From Candidatus Nanohaloarchaea archaeon (GTDB lineage: Archaea; Nanohalarchaeota; Nanosalinia; Nanosalinales; Nanosalinaceae), in contig JACOQA010000001.1 of NCBI GenBank assembly GCA_014297435.1, forward strand, positions 160,001 through 224,000: a stretch of 64,000 nt of DNA, in the 5' to 3' direction. Of the stretch, positions 1-10,379 are shown piece by piece; the stretch's first letter is position 1, and every line of letters starts with the position of its first letter. A program made the translations under genes and the position numbers. A model generated the notes under the pieces. The model saw nothing but the letters and a program-made list of their open reading frames with translations. It was not told where the DNA came from and did no database searches.

Positions 1-38
1 AGAATAATGGCTGTTAAAAGTACCAAAACCTTCTTCAT
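1..38 (-). CDS. 5' part of a probable secreted protein (runs off window)
   Basis: ATG at 38 reads MKKVLVLLTAII, signal-peptide-like; TATA-like TTTATATA upstream on - strand. Confidence 0.5.
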   Translation of the reverse strand, partial: MKKVLVLLTAII

Positions 39-98
39 ATATCTAGAAACTGCGGAAGACCTGTATATAAAACTGGATGAAGGAAAGAGAGAAAGAAT

Positions 99-1361
99 TT
101 AGGAACGTGGTAGGTCCATCAGGTAGCGATCCTTCATCTCCATCAGTTCTGACTGGTCGCCTCCACCCATGAGACCCATCAATCCCATGTAGGAAACTTC
201 ATCGTCTTCCTGTTCTTCGTACTCGTTCCAGTACTTACGAAGCTTGTTGTGCGTACCGGAAACCTGTTCGCGAGAGTCTCCGACACCACAGGTATTTCCT
301 ACACCTATGACTGCGACCTCTCCATCAAACTCCTTAACGATCTCTTCGACTTTCTTGACTGCTGGCTTGTATGCCTCGTAGATAGGCTTCTTCATAGGCT
401 TCGATGCTTCAGGTGGGCTTTGTTTGATTACGATTCCTTCAAGCGGGACATCGTGTTCGGTCGCTGCTTCCTCAATTTTCGTCTTCTCCACTCCAGGTCC
501 GCCCATCATAACACCGACTCCTTCGCTGATTGAACCGGTTTCTTCTCCTTCGAACTTGGCTCCTGCATCAACTGTGATTATTGCTTCAAGGTCGTTTTCT
601 TCTGCGATATCGTCGACTGCGTCCCCGTACTTTCCTAGTCTTGCTCCGGGTCCTGTTGACTTGATTACGTGGACTTTCTGGTCTCCAATCTCTTCTTCGG
701 AACGAATGATGTCCTCTGAAACTTCTTCAGGTTCTGATTCGATCATCTTCGCCGCAACCAAAGGACCTATTGAGTCGCCGATAGGTGCGTTGTCGACGAA
801 AGCTCTTGTTGCTTGGTGCTGTGCTTCGGCGATCTCTTCGTAGATCGGAACCATCATGTTGATCATTCCGACTAGCTGGATGTTGCCGGTCTTTTTGATC
901 AGCTGTCTGAAGTGTCTCATGACTTTGTGGATCTGGTGGGTTCCCATTACTCCTTTGAAAGCCATGTTGAGGTCCGCTAGTTCTTCTTCGTCTTCTGTCT
1001 CTGCTGTACCTTCGATAAACCGGTTGAACTTGTTCTCGCTTGTATCCAGTACGTGTTCGAGCTTTCCGACCATGCCTGCCGGATCAAGGTTTGTCGGTGC
1101 GGACATTTTGAAGTCTTTAAGGGATTCGAACTTGTTTCTCTGTTTCTCCGACATCTCGCCACTTATACTGTCGACGAATAATTGCTCTGAACTATCCTTG
1201 TAGGTCTCAAGTGATTCGAGGACGCCTCTGAGCTTCCTGTCGGTCTGCCATATCATTATCTTCGGGAAGAAGAAGATCAGTCCCACGAATGCAAGTGACA
1301 TCAGGGTTTGTATTATTACGAACAGATTGTTTTCTCCACCTGTCAGGAAAGGTAGTACCAT
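99..1361 (-). CDS. DUF1512 family membrane-anchored protein
   Basis: N-terminal TM helix; GDSIGPLVAAKM, GPGARLGKYG, IITVDAGAKFEGEETG, IGVGNT motifs; start set at MVLPF. Confidence 0.75.
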   Translation of the reverse strand: MVLPFLTGGENNLFVIIQTLMSLAFVGLIFFFPKIMIWQTDRKLRGVLESLETYKDSSEQLFVDSISGEMSEKQRNKFESLKDFKMSAPTNLDPAGMVGKLEHVLDTSENKFNRFIEGTAETEDEEELADLNMAFKGVMGTHQIHKVMRHFRQLIKKTGNIQLVGMINMMVPIYEEIAEAQHQATRAFVDNAPIGDSIGPLVAAKMIESEPEEVSEDIIRSEEEIGDQKVHVIKSTGPGARLGKYGDAVDDIAEENDLEAIITVDAGAKFEGEETGSISEGVGVMMGGPGVEKTKIEEAATEHDVPLEGIVIKQSPPEASKPMKKPIYEAYKPAVKKVEEIVKEFDGEVAVIGVGNTCGVGDSREQVSGTHNKLRKYWNEYEEQEDDEVSYMGLMGLMGGGDQSELMEMKDRYLMDLPRS

Positions 1362-1467
1362 GTTCGGGAATATGATCTGGAGGCTTTTTAACCCCTTGGA
1401 ACGCACTTTAGAAATTACCAAAAAACTGTAAAAACCGTTAATAGATCCTAATGAACACTTTTCGTAT

Positions 1468-2028
1468 CTAGTCCATTATCTCTGACATCAACCCGTCGAA
1501 CTCCTCAGTTGAAGGATTCGATCTTAAAAGTAGTTTCGCCATAACTTCAGAACACTCCGAAGAAATCATGGTTTTTTGTTCTTTGTTTATACCTTCAGGC
1601 TTTTCTCTATCGGTCATAGAGTACATTAGGATCGAGGCAGAATGACTCAAGTTGATCGAAGAGTAACTTCCTGTTTCGATGTGGACAACCGCATCACACA
1701 GTTCAAGTTCATCGTTAGAAAGACCGTTTGACTCTCTCCCTAACATGATCGAGGTATTTTCTCTAGGAGTAAAGGTTTCAAGTTCAACGCCTCTGTCAGG
1801 TTTGGTTCCAACAACAAAGTCTAAATCTCTGACAGCTTCCTGGACTGAATCAAAAATTCTTGCGTCTCTCAGTTTTTGCTGTGCTCCAGAAGCTGTGTTT
1901 CTTGCTTCCGAAAGGTTAAATTCCGGTTTAACCAGTCTAAGAGAATATCCGAAGTTGGCGCAAAGTCTCGCAATAAAACCGGTGTTCTCAGGAATCTCAG
2001 GTTCCACAATTACAATGCTACGACCCAT
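1468..2028 (-). CDS. trmJ: SPOUT tRNA 2'-O-methyltransferase, TrmJ/TrmH family
   Basis: VEPEIPENTGFIAR, GRESNGLSNDEL, YSSINLSHS motifs. Confidence 0.8.
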   Translation of the reverse strand: MGRSIVIVEPEIPENTGFIARLCANFGYSLRLVKPEFNLSEARNTASGAQQKLRDARIFDSVQEAVRDLDFVVGTKPDRGVELETFTPRENTSIMLGRESNGLSNDELELCDAVVHIETGSYSSINLSHSASILMYSMTDREKPEGINKEQKTMISSECSEVMAKLLLRSNPSTEEFDGLMSEIMD

Positions 2029-2692
2029 ATGAGAAGTTGCCGTAGCTAAGCTTGTCAACCTTTCCATCCAGATACATCGTCTTGTTCTCCGGGTAGACTG
2101 TTATGTTGCCCTTGAATGAGTTTAAGTTCAGGCTTCTTGAACCGGATCTGAAACGCGTGAAAGCATCATTCGAGGAAACTGATCCCTGGACTTCAGCAAA
2201 CTTCAGAGGGGTCTTCTTCACGTTAAACATTCTGATCTTCTCAGAGTGCATTCTCTCGTTTATCTTCATCTTGCCTGTTAAGTTTACTCCTGAAGTTGTC
2301 ATACCTGAGATCTTTCCTTCCAGTGTTGTGTTCTGACCTGCGTTCAATTTCCCTTTGAAACCTCTCAAAGTCATGTAAGAGTCAGATTTGATCCTGTTTC
2401 CATCTGCCTTGATATCTGTCAGATTTGAGGCTTCCAGGCTTGTACCATCTAATTTGATCGTGTCTTCGTACATGCTAATAATTTTGAGTTCTGCCTCAAG
2501 ACTTCTCTCTGGTTCAGGCACTGAGTTAAAGAAACTGGTTATCTTTTCTATAGGTCCATTTAGTCCCGAAACTTCAGGTGTTTCAGGCACGTCAGGAACT
2601 AATCCCTGTGTGTCTACTGAACCACCTCCTGTACCTGCCGCTACCGCTGTTAATGTTGCCAGAACTGCCGCTAGTATCTTTCCATCAAGCAT
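2018..2692 (-). CDS. secreted/membrane-anchored beta-rich hypothetical protein
   Basis: 224 aa ORF, N-terminal hydrophobic helix, abuts both neighbours. Confidence 0.7.
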   Translation of the reverse strand: MLDGKILAAVLATLTAVAAGTGGGSVDTQGLVPDVPETPEVSGLNGPIEKITSFFNSVPEPERSLEAELKIISMYEDTIKLDGTSLEASNLTDIKADGNRIKSDSYMTLRGFKGKLNAGQNTTLEGKISGMTTSGVNLTGKMKINERMHSEKIRMFNVKKTPLKFAEVQGSVSSNDAFTRFRSGSRSLNLNSFKGNITVYPENKTMYLDGKVDKLSYGNFSYGS

Positions 2693-3172
2693 TCATTCAT
2701 CGTCCTCCTTCTTTGTAACTTTGTCAAGAACAACTTCCTTGGTGTTCTTATCGCTATCTTTGTCGTTCTCAGCTTTTTCATTAGTGTCTCTCCGGTATTT
2801 CTCCAGCTTCTTTTTCTCCTTATGATGGGAGTAAAGCTTTCTAAAGGGAACAAACAACAATCTCAACGCCTTATAAGGTATTTCTATGATTGTTGATGCG
2901 ATTCCGTATGCAGATGAAAGCACGCTATAACCCATGTAGAGTGTTGCGCCAAGGAATGCGTAGAAAAGCATAAGGTTAAGACTTGTAGAGTATCCTAGAA
3001 CTGATCCTAGAGCGATATAGAATACTCCTGAAAGCACAGATACTATTATAGTTTCTAAAACCATGGTCATGATTTTGAAAGCCACAACAAACGTAATTAC
3101 TAGTAGAACTACCAGTGCTGCTGTCTGGAACTGTGCTGGTAACTGGTTAATCAAAGGGATCATCTCGATCAT
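2693..3172 (-). CDS. hypothetical membrane protein
   Basis: 3-4 hydrophobic segments, charged tail; ATGA overlap with upstream gene. Confidence 0.7.
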   Translation of the reverse strand: MIEMIPLINQLPAQFQTAALVVLLVITFVVAFKIMTMVLETIIVSVLSGVFYIALGSVLGYSTSLNLMLFYAFLGATLYMGYSVLSSAYGIASTIIEIPYKALRLLFVPFRKLYSHHKEKKKLEKYRRDTNEKAENDKDSDKNTKEVVLDKVTKKEDDE

Positions 3173-5868
3173 TTTCCTAACACGCTATAACCTGGATCTC
3201 CTTGCTCAGGGATGACACTCGTGTATCCGACGAAGCCAATTAACAGCATTACGAGGACGCCTATGAGAATAGGTAGGAATCCGCCTCCACCACTATTTGG
3301 TTCTGATGGTCCTGTCGGATTTGAAGGGTTTTGAGTTCCGCCAGTGTTACTATTTGCTTGTCTCTCAATATTGTTAAGTGATGTTACAATACTCTGGTAT
3401 CTCTGTTCAGTGTATTGTGATTCCAGCCTGTTTATCTGACTTGAGACATCGTCGATCTGTGACTGAAGTTCTGGCTCGTTTATCCTCTGATCGAGTTGAG
3501 TGAGTCTATCCCTTAGATCTTGTATATTCTCCTCTTCAGGGTTTTCAGCACTTACACTTATTGTATGCTCCTCCTGCTGGTCTCCATTTCTTCCTGTCAC
3601 GGTTATTGTCCCGGATGAGACTTCAGAAAATGTCAGATCGAAACTTTTTGACCCGCCTTCCGGTATCGAACCTTGTCCAGTTTCGACACTGAAAGGTGTT
3701 CCTGTAAAGGATAATGATTCTATCTCTGTCGATCCTGTATTTGAGATCATGACGCTTTGTGTTTCAGAAGTTATAGTCACTGAATTAGGAACTGAGAAGC
3801 TTAAATCGCCTGTATTGACGTTTGAGTTCTCATCGTCTTCATTTTCGCGTGTAACAGTATCCTCTATGTTTGAGTCAATGTCTAAACTTACTTCTCCTAC
3901 CTCAAAGGTTCCGGAAAAGTAACCCGTTGAACCGAAGTCGTAGTTAAGGGTTCCTTCGGCGTTACTTTTGTCCTCGTCGAAGGTTACTGTTTCAGGTTCA
4001 ACAGTTACGAAGTCAGAGATGTTGCCTGAAACGACAGGCGTGTAGGTCTTCGTTGAGTCTGAAGGTCCGAGATAATGGATCTCGAAATCTCTGTTGACAT
4101 TGATAGTCCGTGACACATCTACATCTACGCCCTCGGTCTCTAGACAGATCTGGCTCTGTTTGTAGTCGCATTCAGGCGTATCAAGCATTACCTCAACATT
4201 CTTAGAATAATCTGAACTAGTATCTGAGAGTGTTATCTCCCCATCGTATGACTGCACATCTGAAATATTGAACAGGATAGGAACATCTTTGGTTTCATCT
4301 CCATTAATGTTTACTTCGTTACCGTAGTTGACCTGTGCTACATCTTCTATTCCATCTGTGTAATCGAAGCTAATCTGGCGAGATACTGATTCTGTGTTCT
4401 CGATCTCCATTTCATAGCTGTAGTTGTTCTGCCTCTGGATATCCATCTCGATGCTATCAGTTGTTTCGAAAGTCTTCGAAGCGTTGGTTACGTTGAAGTT
4501 GGTTTGAGGTGCCTTCAACAACTTGCTATCTCCAAACTGGTCTGTGACGTTGATCCTTTTGCTGTAGATTCCGGCTTCCTCAGTAATAGGTATGTTTATC
4601 GAGTTTCTGTAGGTTCCGGTTCCTGAAACGTACTCCATGTCTCCTAGTGTGAATGAAGTGTAGTTCTCACCTTCAGGAGTCTTTATCGTTATGTCAGCAT
4701 CTATATCAGATCTGTTCAACTGTTCCGTGCTGAAAACTCTCGTAACAGACATTCTGACATTGTAATCGCCTGGAGGGGTTTTTGCGCTTGAAAGATCGTT
4801 GACCTCGAAGCTGTGGTAGGTGATATTTCTCTTAATTACATCCTGCCTTCTATCATTAGTAGCGTTGTAAAACAATTGTAGCTTTTTGCTATAGTTAGAA
4901 GTGTCAATAACAGGTATATTCATCTCTGCCTCGTACTTCTGTTCCTGTAAGTTCTCCATCCTCGTGGTATCGTGCTCTATCCATTGACTTGAGTTCGGAT
5001 GCCATTTCCTTATCGAGAGGTTGACATTTTCGGCTTCAGCTCCTGTAACCTCGTATTCTGTCTCAATAAGTGTTTCACCGCTGCATTCTGTAAAGAAGCT
5101 CATGTTGTTACATCCTTGATCTGCATGAAGAGTATTTACCTTCCCTTCAAGTGTAGGATATGTATCAACTTCCCACGAACGGGATCCGACGGAGGAACCA
5201 GATGTGGTTGATCCTTCGATATGCATAACATATGTCCTGTTCTCTCCTGGAGGGGTTTTAACCTTGGAGTTGTACCAGTACTGGTCCTCAGGATCGTTGT
5301 CATAGTTGTTAAGATCATACTTTTCGGAAGTCCATGTACCGTTTGTGAACCAAACGTTCACGTCAGAGTTTGATAATACATCTCCGTTCTGGCGATTAAT
5401 GGTTCTGATCTCGTAAGTATACTCTTCATCAGCCTTCATTATACTCGTAGGTCCTGTGAGTTTCTCTAACTCCATGTCTCCTACTGTAAAGCTCTGGTTG
5501 ACGGCTGTCTCAAATCCATCAGAAGAATCATCGTAAAGGTTGTATTGGACTTTAGTGGTTTTTGAAGCGTTAGCCTTGAACTCCGCCATGTAGTACCCTT
5601 CTACAAGGTATTCTGTATTGTTGCGTTCGTTGAAGGGTCCATATCTGTAGTAAAGATCGGCATCATCTCTTTCAAGTCTCTGCCCGGTTACAGGATCTCC
5701 TTCGCTATCAGTCAGTTTAACAAGTTTAATGGTGGAGGTGTTGTTGGTAACCTGTAGGACGTTTTCCGGGGCACCTACTTTTTCTACGTTCCAGTTGGAT
5801 GATTGTGCCGCAACCGAGATAGTGAAAAGTACTAACGCTAGAGCTAGGACTAACTTTTTCGGATCCAT
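3169..5868 (-). CDS. large cell-surface glycoprotein (signal peptide, beta-rich domains, coiled coil, C-terminal TM anchor)
   Basis: 899 aa; MDPKKLVLALALVLF signal; many N-x-S/T sequons; GGGGFLPILIGVLVMLLIGFVGY anchor. Confidence 0.75.
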   Translation of the reverse strand: MDPKKLVLALALVLFTISVAAQSSNWNVEKVGAPENVLQVTNNTSTIKLVKLTDSEGDPVTGQRLERDDADLYYRYGPFNERNNTEYLVEGYYMAEFKANASKTTKVQYNLYDDSSDGFETAVNQSFTVGDMELEKLTGPTSIMKADEEYTYEIRTINRQNGDVLSNSDVNVWFTNGTWTSEKYDLNNYDNDPEDQYWYNSKVKTPPGENRTYVMHIEGSTTSGSSVGSRSWEVDTYPTLEGKVNTLHADQGCNNMSFFTECSGETLIETEYEVTGAEAENVNLSIRKWHPNSSQWIEHDTTRMENLQEQKYEAEMNIPVIDTSNYSKKLQLFYNATNDRRQDVIKRNITYHSFEVNDLSSAKTPPGDYNVRMSVTRVFSTEQLNRSDIDADITIKTPEGENYTSFTLGDMEYVSGTGTYRNSINIPITEEAGIYSKRINVTDQFGDSKLLKAPQTNFNVTNASKTFETTDSIEMDIQRQNNYSYEMEIENTESVSRQISFDYTDGIEDVAQVNYGNEVNINGDETKDVPILFNISDVQSYDGEITLSDTSSDYSKNVEVMLDTPECDYKQSQICLETEGVDVDVSRTINVNRDFEIHYLGPSDSTKTYTPVVSGNISDFVTVEPETVTFDEDKSNAEGTLNYDFGSTGYFSGTFEVGEVSLDIDSNIEDTVTRENEDDENSNVNTGDLSFSVPNSVTITSETQSVMISNTGSTEIESLSFTGTPFSVETGQGSIPEGGSKSFDLTFSEVSSGTITVTGRNGDQQEEHTISVSAENPEEENIQDLRDRLTQLDQRINEPELQSQIDDVSSQINRLESQYTEQRYQSIVTSLNNIERQANSNTGGTQNPSNPTGPSEPNSGGGGFLPILIGVLVMLLIGFVGYTSVIPEQGDPGYSVLGK

Positions 5869-5899
5869 GGAGTAGGTTATGTAGAATCCATTAAAAAAT

Positions 5900-6421
5900 C
5901 TACTTGAGTTTCAGGACGTAGAGGGTCTCAAACCAGAGTTCTTTTTCCCGTATAATCTCTGGATCGAATTTTTCATGAAGTCTTTCGAGGTCTGCAAGGG
6001 AACTTGCAACTAACAAGATTTCTCCGTCCTCTTTAAGGTAATATTCTGCAGTATCAAGGAAGTTCAGGGTCAGCTCAACACCGGTTTCTCCACCCCTCCA
6101 GACATTTTCCTCTCCAAGCCCTTTCCTGCCAGGTAGGTAAGGTGGGTTGAAAGCGATCAAATCAAATCCGGATTCAATATTTTCGAACAAGTCTGATTCC
6201 ACAAACTCTATGTCAAGACCTTCCTCTTCAGCTTTTCTCTCAGCATGTTCCAGGGCTTCAGGATCTATATCTGCAGAAACTACTTCAGCACCTGAATCGG
6301 CCATCGCGCGACCTATGATACCGGAGCCAGTTCCCATATCAAGACAGGTTTTACCCTCGAGATTTCTTCCCTCCAAAACGGATTTCAGCAGTAAGGAGTC
6401 TTCCGCTGGTTTGTAAACCAT
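5900..6421 (-). CDS. HemK2/MTQ2 family (release factor glutamine) methyltransferase
   Basis: VYKPAEDSLLL, LDMGTGSG, FNPPYLP. Confidence 0.9.
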   Translation of the reverse strand: MVYKPAEDSLLLKSVLEGRNLEGKTCLDMGTGSGIIGRAMADSGAEVVSADIDPEALEHAERKAEEEGLDIEFVESDLFENIESGFDLIAFNPPYLPGRKGLGEENVWRGGETGVELTLNFLDTAEYYLKEDGEILLVASSLADLERLHEKFDPEIIREKELWFETLYVLKLK

Positions 6422-7986
6422 CAGCTTGACTCCCTCACAAACTCTAGGAATAGAGGGCTTGGATTCTCAAAGCTCGACTTGAACTCGGGATGTGCCTGCG
6501 TTCCCACCATGAAAGGATGGTTTTCAAGTTCGGCAAACTCTGCTAGTTCTCCATCTTTCTGTTTTCCGGAAAGTTTCAGACCGTTCTGCTCAAGTTGTTC
6601 GTGGTAATCAGGTTTGACTTCAAAACGGTGTCTGTGTCTTTCTGAAACTTCTTGTTTTCCGTAGATCTGTTTCACTTTACCTTCAAGCTCTGCAGTATAA
6701 CCTCCAAGCCTCATCGTACCTCCTTTCTCATCGATGTCTTTTTGTTCCGGCATCTCGGCAACCACCAGATGTTCTTCACCCGATTCGAACTCCTCAGAAG
6801 CAGCGTCTAGACCGAGAACGTTTCGGGAAAATTCCACGACCATCAACTGCATTCCGTAACATAGACCCAAGAAAGGTATATTGTTCTCACGACAGTACTC
6901 TATAGCATCGATCTTTCCCTCGACTCCTCTAGAGCCGAAGCCGCCCGGAACGATCACACCATCAAAACGCTCAAGCTCTTCAAGATCAAGGTTTTCGGTA
7001 TCTACTTGCTCTATCTCGATTGAACCTCCAAGCTCAGCAGCACTGTGCTTCAAAGCTTCCTCGACCGATACGTACGAATCATCGATCTCCATGTACTTAC
7101 CGCAGATAGCGATCTTTGCCACAGGATCCTTCGAAAGGCTTTCCACTCTCTGCCTCCATTTATCCAGCCCTCCATTTCTCTTCGGTAGATTAAGAGAGCT
7201 TCCAATTATTTCTCCTACATTCTGTCTATCAAATTCGAGAGGTAGCTCATATACGTGTTCCAAGTTAGGGTCGGAAACCACTTCTTTCTCTGAAACATCG
7301 CAGAAAAGAGATATTTTATCTACAGTAGAGTCAGAAAGCTCTTTCTCACTTCGACCAACCACCATGTCAGGAGAAAGACCTACCTGTCTTAATTCCTTTA
7401 CCGAGTGCTGTGTCGGTTTTGTCTTCTGCTCTCCGGTTGTCTCTAAGTAAGGCACGAGTGTTGTATGGATCAAGTAAGTTTCTTCCTCGTTTTCTTCGGC
7501 TATTATCTGTCTGGCTGCCTCAAGATAGAACTGGTTCTCCATGTCTCCTACAGTCCCTCCTATCTCGATCGCTACGACATCAGCTTCAGCATCTTCGGCG
7601 CTGTTCTTCCAGCATTTCTTTATCTCATCTGTTACATGTGGAACCATTTGAACTGTTTTTCCGAGGTATTCGCCTTCCCTTTCTTTCCGTATAACTTCTT
7701 TGAATATTTTGCCTGAGGTAAGGTTCCATTCTCCTTTTCCCTCTGTACCAAGAAATCTTTCGTAGTGACCGAAATCCATGTCAACCTCAGTCCCGTCCTC
7801 TAAGACAAATACTTCGCCGTGTTCATGAGGATTCATTGTACCAGGATCTACGTTGAGATATCCGTCGCACTTAATAGGTACCATTTCGAGCCCTCTTTTC
7901 TGTAGAAGTTTTGAGACGCTTGCGCTTACTAGACCTTTACCGAGACCTGAAAGAACCCCTCCCGTGATAAATATCCACTTCGGCAT
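6421..7986 (-). CDS. pyrG: CTP synthase
   Basis: GGVLSGLGKG, NVDPGTMNPHEHGEVFV, KTKPTQHSV, GLCYGMQ, QAHPEF. Confidence 0.98.
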   Translation of the reverse strand: MPKWIFITGGVLSGLGKGLVSASVSKLLQKRGLEMVPIKCDGYLNVDPGTMNPHEHGEVFVLEDGTEVDMDFGHYERFLGTEGKGEWNLTSGKIFKEVIRKEREGEYLGKTVQMVPHVTDEIKKCWKNSAEDAEADVVAIEIGGTVGDMENQFYLEAARQIIAEENEEETYLIHTTLVPYLETTGEQKTKPTQHSVKELRQVGLSPDMVVGRSEKELSDSTVDKISLFCDVSEKEVVSDPNLEHVYELPLEFDRQNVGEIIGSSLNLPKRNGGLDKWRQRVESLSKDPVAKIAICGKYMEIDDSYVSVEEALKHSAAELGGSIEIEQVDTENLDLEELERFDGVIVPGGFGSRGVEGKIDAIEYCRENNIPFLGLCYGMQLMVVEFSRNVLGLDAASEEFESGEEHLVVAEMPEQKDIDEKGGTMRLGGYTAELEGKVKQIYGKQEVSERHRHRFEVKPDYHEQLEQNGLKLSGKQKDGELAEFAELENHPFMVGTQAHPEFKSSFENPSPLFLEFVRESS

Positions 7987-8027
7987 AATTCAAACAAGGA
8001 TAACTCAATTATATAACCGGCAGGTGC

Positions 8028-8255
8028 CTAGAGAAGGTTCGAGAAGAAAGATACGATCGCATCTGTAAAACTAGGTTTCTCCAGTTTATCCGGTTCAATG
8101 TGGTCATGCTCTTGAGTCGAGTTGTCGTGAACATGATCGTTTTTCTCTCCGTTTTCAGTAGAAAGATCGGCTGAAACCATATTTGTTGCAACGTAGGCAG
8201 AAACCATAGAAACCAGTAAAATCAATGCTAGAATAAGACCTGCCACTTTTCTCAT
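8028..8255 (-). CDS. small secreted/membrane protein
   Basis: 75 aa, signal-like N-terminus, His-rich linker, amphipathic C-terminus. Confidence 0.6.
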   Translation of the reverse strand: MRKVAGLILALILLVSMVSAYVATNMVSADLSTENGEKNDHVHDNSTQEHDHIEPDKLEKPSFTDAIVSFFSNLL

Positions 8256-8273
8256 AAGAGCCTATTCTGTGAT

Positions 8274-9071
8274 CTAGTTAATATCGTTTCGGTTAAGAAA
8301 CTCTGCTATATCCGAGATCTTCCTGATATCGAGATTGACCACCCTCTCCTCGGAGTGAGGAAGTTCATCACGGAGTTCCTTGGCCTCTTCCTTTTCTATA
8401 TCAAGTATGTGTCTTGAATCGACAAAGGCGTTACGAACTTTCTTCCTCTTGTGCGTAAACAAAGCTCTTACAGTTTTGAAGAATTGGTCTTCGTTCTCAA
8501 TTCCGTGTCGTTCCTTGTTGGGGTAGAGCTTGAGAATCGATGTTTCAACTTCCGGAGAAGGATAGTAGTTTCTGGAGGAAACGTCTCTAAGTTTCACAGG
8601 TACAAAGTAGTAGTTGACCATCACGGTAAAACGTCCGTACTCGGTTGAACCGGGTTCGGCAACAGCACGCTCCGCCAACTCCTTCTGAAGAATCAAAGAG
8701 GACTGGATCTGCCTCTTACCCAGTTTCTCTAACGTCTCAGAGGAGATACGGAAAGGCAGGTTCGAGACACATCTCTCAATATCCCCAGGTATCTCGTAAT
8801 CCAGGAAATCCTTCTCAACAACATCTATATCCTCAAAATTCTGTTTCATGTGGTTTGCTAATGTCGAATCGTTCTCAACCGTATAGATTTTACCGGATTT
8901 CTCAGTCAGTTCTTCTGTTATGGCTCCAGTACCGGGACCTATCTCAAGAACGTTTTTGTCTTCGACTTCTCCAGCCTCAACAAGCGCTTTGATAACTGCT
9001 TCCGATGTAAGAAAGTTCTGTCCGTCGACAGGCTGGACTCCAAGCCTTTTGAGTTCTTCTTGAACGCTCAT
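8274..9071 (-). CDS. rsmA: 16S rRNA m6,2A dimethyltransferase KsgA/Dim1
   Basis: GQNFL, LEIGPGTGAIT, VSNLPFRIS, LFTHKRKKVRNA; conserved synteny. Confidence 0.95.
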   Translation of the reverse strand: MSVQEELKRLGVQPVDGQNFLTSEAVIKALVEAGEVEDKNVLEIGPGTGAITEELTEKSGKIYTVENDSTLANHMKQNFEDIDVVEKDFLDYEIPGDIERCVSNLPFRISSETLEKLGKRQIQSSLILQKELAERAVAEPGSTEYGRFTVMVNYYFVPVKLRDVSSRNYYPSPEVETSILKLYPNKERHGIENEDQFFKTVRALFTHKRKKVRNAFVDSRHILDIEKEEAKELRDELPHSEERVVNLDIRKISDIAEFLNRNDIN

Positions 9072-9095
9072 CGAACTGGAAAAACTAAGAGGTTT

Positions 9096-9635
9096 TTATG
9101 CTGAGGTGAAGAGTTTCCTCTTCGCGTCTCCTTTCAGCTCGTTTTCGATTCTTTCGGCTATGAGATCTTCAGGATCTGGAATTGAGGATACTCTCTCCTT
9201 AATGTCTTCGTAGCTCTTGAACTCTTTTTCCTCTCTTTCGTCGAGGATTGCCTGCATGTGTTTCGATCCGATTCCGGGTAGGAGTTCGAAAGCGTGTCTT
9301 CTCGGTGTTACAGGCGTGGCCTGATTGAAGAATTCGACGAACTCTTCTTCCTGTTCTTGGATCATGGCCTTCAGTACGTACTTTAGTTCGGACTTCGCGT
9401 TACCTGTTAATTGGTTGTAGTCCAAGCGCGCCTTGATGTATTTGACTTTATCTCGGTCTCCTTCTCCAATGTATAGTTCTTCGCCGCCTTTCGGTTCTTT
9501 TTCATCTCTCATTACAACCTCTAGCAGGTTGAAGTTCTTTGTTCCTATTCCCTGTGCTACGGGCTCATCTTTCTCTCCTGAGCGTCCGTGCCGTAGGAAG
9601 TCAAGTACCTTGATGTATTCGTCTTTATCAGCCAT
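9096..9635 (-). CDS. DUF655 putative RNA-binding protein (HhH)
   Basis: VLDFLRHG, ELYIGEGDRDKV, HAFELLPGIG; between rpoF and ksgA. Confidence 0.9.
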   Translation of the reverse strand: MADKDEYIKVLDFLRHGRSGEKDEPVAQGIGTKNFNLLEVVMRDEKEPKGGEELYIGEGDRDKVKYIKARLDYNQLTGNAKSELKYVLKAMIQEQEEEFVEFFNQATPVTPRRHAFELLPGIGSKHMQAILDEREEKEFKSYEDIKERVSSIPDPEDLIAERIENELKGDAKRKLFTSA

Positions 9636-9690
9636 TTTTCCACCTTTAGATTGTGAAATAAGAATTCAGAAAGTTAAAAGCCCTTCCCTT

Positions 9691-10026
9691 TTACTCCTCG
9701 ATTTCGATGCTCTGGCAGATATCGAGGATCTCTTCGATCTCTGAGTCGTCAAGCTTGACTCTTTCCTTCTGGAAGACAGCTCTAACTGTTGATTCGTGCT
9801 GTGGTACTACTTCGAGAAGTTTGTAGATCTGTTTCTCTTTCAGGGATTCAACTTCGGAAAGCTCTTCGTTGAGTTCTGCTAGTGTGTCTAGATCTGTTAT
9901 TTTGCAGTGGCGGGTAAGGTTTTCTAGTGCGATCTTCTGTTCGTGTGAGAGGTCTTCCTCATCCTTTTCTTTTAGGACGTTCAATGCTTCTGCCGGGTAG
10001 ACATTCTCTTCTTCCTTTACTTCCAT
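9691..10026 (-). CDS. rpoF: RNA polymerase subunit Rpo4 (F)
   Basis: LSHEQKIALENL, KLLEVVP, EIEEILDI; synteny with L21e. Confidence 0.88.
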   Translation of the reverse strand: MEVKEEENVYPAEALNVLKEKDEEDLSHEQKIALENLTRHCKITDLDTLAELNEELSEVESLKEKQIYKLLEVVPQHESTVRAVFQKERVKLDDSEIEEILDICQSIEIEE

Positions 10027-10033
10027 TTCTGGA

Positions 10034-10321
10034 TCACTCTAGTTTTTCCAGGTGTACGGGCTGGATGTAGAGTATCTTGGTTTTTCCGCCGTCCTCGAAC
10101 TCTACCTGGTAGGCGTCTCCTCTTTCGCCGGTTACTTCCACTGTTTTTCCGTGGTAGCGAGTGTGGACTCTTCCTTCTGTTACTGAGGGGTTGATCTGGA
10201 TAAGTGCTTTTTCTCCTTCTTCGAAGGTCTTCAACCTGTCGTTGATCGTTGTCGTGTGGTCTGAATCTTTGGAGAGGGTCTTTCTTGCGCCCTGCTGTGA
10301 TCCGTGTGACTTCTGTGCCAT
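10034..10321 (-). CDS. rpl21e: 50S ribosomal protein L21e
   Basis: KSHGSQQGARKTL, HTRYHGKT, DGGKTKIL..PVHL. Confidence 0.95.
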   Translation of the reverse strand: MAQKSHGSQQGARKTLSKDSDHTTTINDRLKTFEEGEKALIQINPSVTEGRVHTRYHGKTVEVTGERGDAYQVEFEDGGKTKILYIQPVHLEKLE

Positions 10322-10379
10322 TTTTATATACCTCTTATACAGGGAAAAGAAGGTCTTAACTTTTTAAACTCCTTACCCT

